Assembly: GCA_035948775.1 (NCBI GenBank)
Contig: DASZIV010000114.1
Coordinates: 130,263 to 194,262, forward strand
DNA length: 64,000 bases
Direction of reading: 5' to 3'
Source: Bryobacteraceae bacterium
GTDB taxonomy: Bacteria; Acidobacteriota; Terriglobia; Bryobacterales; Bryobacteraceae
Shown here: positions 63,396 through 64,000 of the stretch, piece by piece
Layout of the letters: every line of letters begins with the position of its first letter
How positions within the stretch are numbered: the stretch's first letter is position 1
The notes under the pieces: model-generated
The model's input: the letters and a program-made list of their open reading frames with translations, nothing else
The model's database searches: none
Told to the model about the DNA's origin: nothing
Program-made: the position numbers and the translations under genes

Positions 63396-64000
63396 TTACT
63401 TAGTCCGCTGTAGATGCACCGTAAACGTGCTGCCCTGACCTGGCTGGCTGGCCAACTCAACCGCACCGTGGTGCGATTCGGCGATCCACTTGACGATCGA
63501 TAGGCCGAGGCCGAAGCCGCCTTCCTGGCGCGAGCGGGCCTTGTCGGCGCGGTAGAACCGTTCGAAGACGTGCAGTGAAGCCTCAGGCGCAATGCCGATT
63601 CCCGTATCGGCCACCTGTATCCGGATTTCCGAGCCCTGTGTTTCCACTCCGGCGGATACGCGGCCGCCGGGCGGTGTGTAGCGAATGGCATTGTCCAGAA
63701 GGTTCAGGATCATGCGCCGTAGTAGCTCCTCGTCGCCGCGCACGGTCACGTCGTGGCTCGAGTGACACTCCAGTTCGATATTGCGCGCGGCGGCCAGGGG
63801 ACGCACGGATCGACAGCACTCGGCCAACAGATCGTTCAGATACAGCTCTTCCACACGCAGTTGGACGTGGCCTGCATCGGCGCTCGCCAGGTTCAACAGG
63901 TCGGCCACCAGGCGCGCCAGTCGCCGCGATTCGTCTTGAATGTTCGCCAGCGATTCCTTATATTCCGCGGCGCTGCGCTCGCGAGAGAGCGCCACGTCCG
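63396..64000 (-). CDS. sensor histidine kinase, C-terminal part (5' end outside the window)
   Basis: 'LLNLA' at the end of HisKA. HATPase_c N-box 'LLDNAIRYTPPGG', G1 'VADTGIGI', 'FERFYRAD', G2 'GGFGLGLSIV'. The frame stays open to the window edge. Confidence 0.85.
   Translation of the reverse strand, partial: DVALSRERSAAEYKESLANIQDESRRLARLVADLLNLASADAGHVQLRVEELYLNDLLAECCRSVRPLAAARNIELECHSSHDVTVRGDEELLRRMILNLLDNAIRYTPPGGRVSAGVETQGSEIRIQVADTGIGIAPEASLHVFERFYRADKARSRQEGGFGLGLSIVKWIAESHHGAVELASQPGQGSTFTVHLQRTK

Noticed and set aside
1-64000. Mobile-element or genomic-island signatures (integrase, transposase, tRNA-adjacent att sites, sharp GC shifts) around the SIR2-STAND gene or the Cys-rich peptide locus.
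   Set aside because: None found by eye. Only short AT-richer intergenic stretches and the REP-like repeats are present, so I make no island or prophage call.

Overview
High-GC (~60%+) chromosomal segment that looks acidobacterial (Solibacter/Bryobacter-like). The call rests on family content: TIGR03435-type 'soil-associated' proteins, a duplicated orphan MacB/FtsX permease (ADOP-type), and two giant carboxypeptidase-regulatory-domain TonB-dependent-receptor-like proteins. I support about 50 protein-coding genes. I found no rRNA, tRNA, CRISPR array, transposase or integrase. Most of the window is housekeeping or envelope metabolism: a class A PBP, a TolC/MFP/RND efflux operon, an ECF sigma/anti-sigma pair, a GMC dehydrogenase pair, fdhA, asnA, an SDR and DinB-family proteins. 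Four regions stand out. (1) 58.3-63.2 kb holds three tandem paralogous mini-proteins with twin-arginine signals and a symmetric six-cysteine pattern. They follow a membrane-anchored double-thioredoxin protein and precede an 8-Cys secreted protein. A DoxX/MauE/HTTM-like polytopic membrane protein lies convergent to them. I propose this as an undescribed periplasmic cysteine-rich peptide maturation/export system. (2) 1152-4295 is a single-gene SIR2-NB-ARC-TPR (SIR2-STAND/Avs5-like) candidate antiphage sensor. (3) 39279-42518 is an Anbu-type operon (circularly permuted ATP-grasp, alpha-E, proteasome-like peptidase) without the usual transglutaminase. (4) A ~90-100 nt four-hairpin REP-like repeat occurs four times, with compensatory substitutions in its stems, three copies sitting 4-7 nt beyond stop codons. 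Smaller observations are a decayed TIGR03435 paralogue, a TolC-like gene remnant, low-complexity tails and insertions, and a possible frameshift. All functional calls come from motif recognition by eye; no database search was run.
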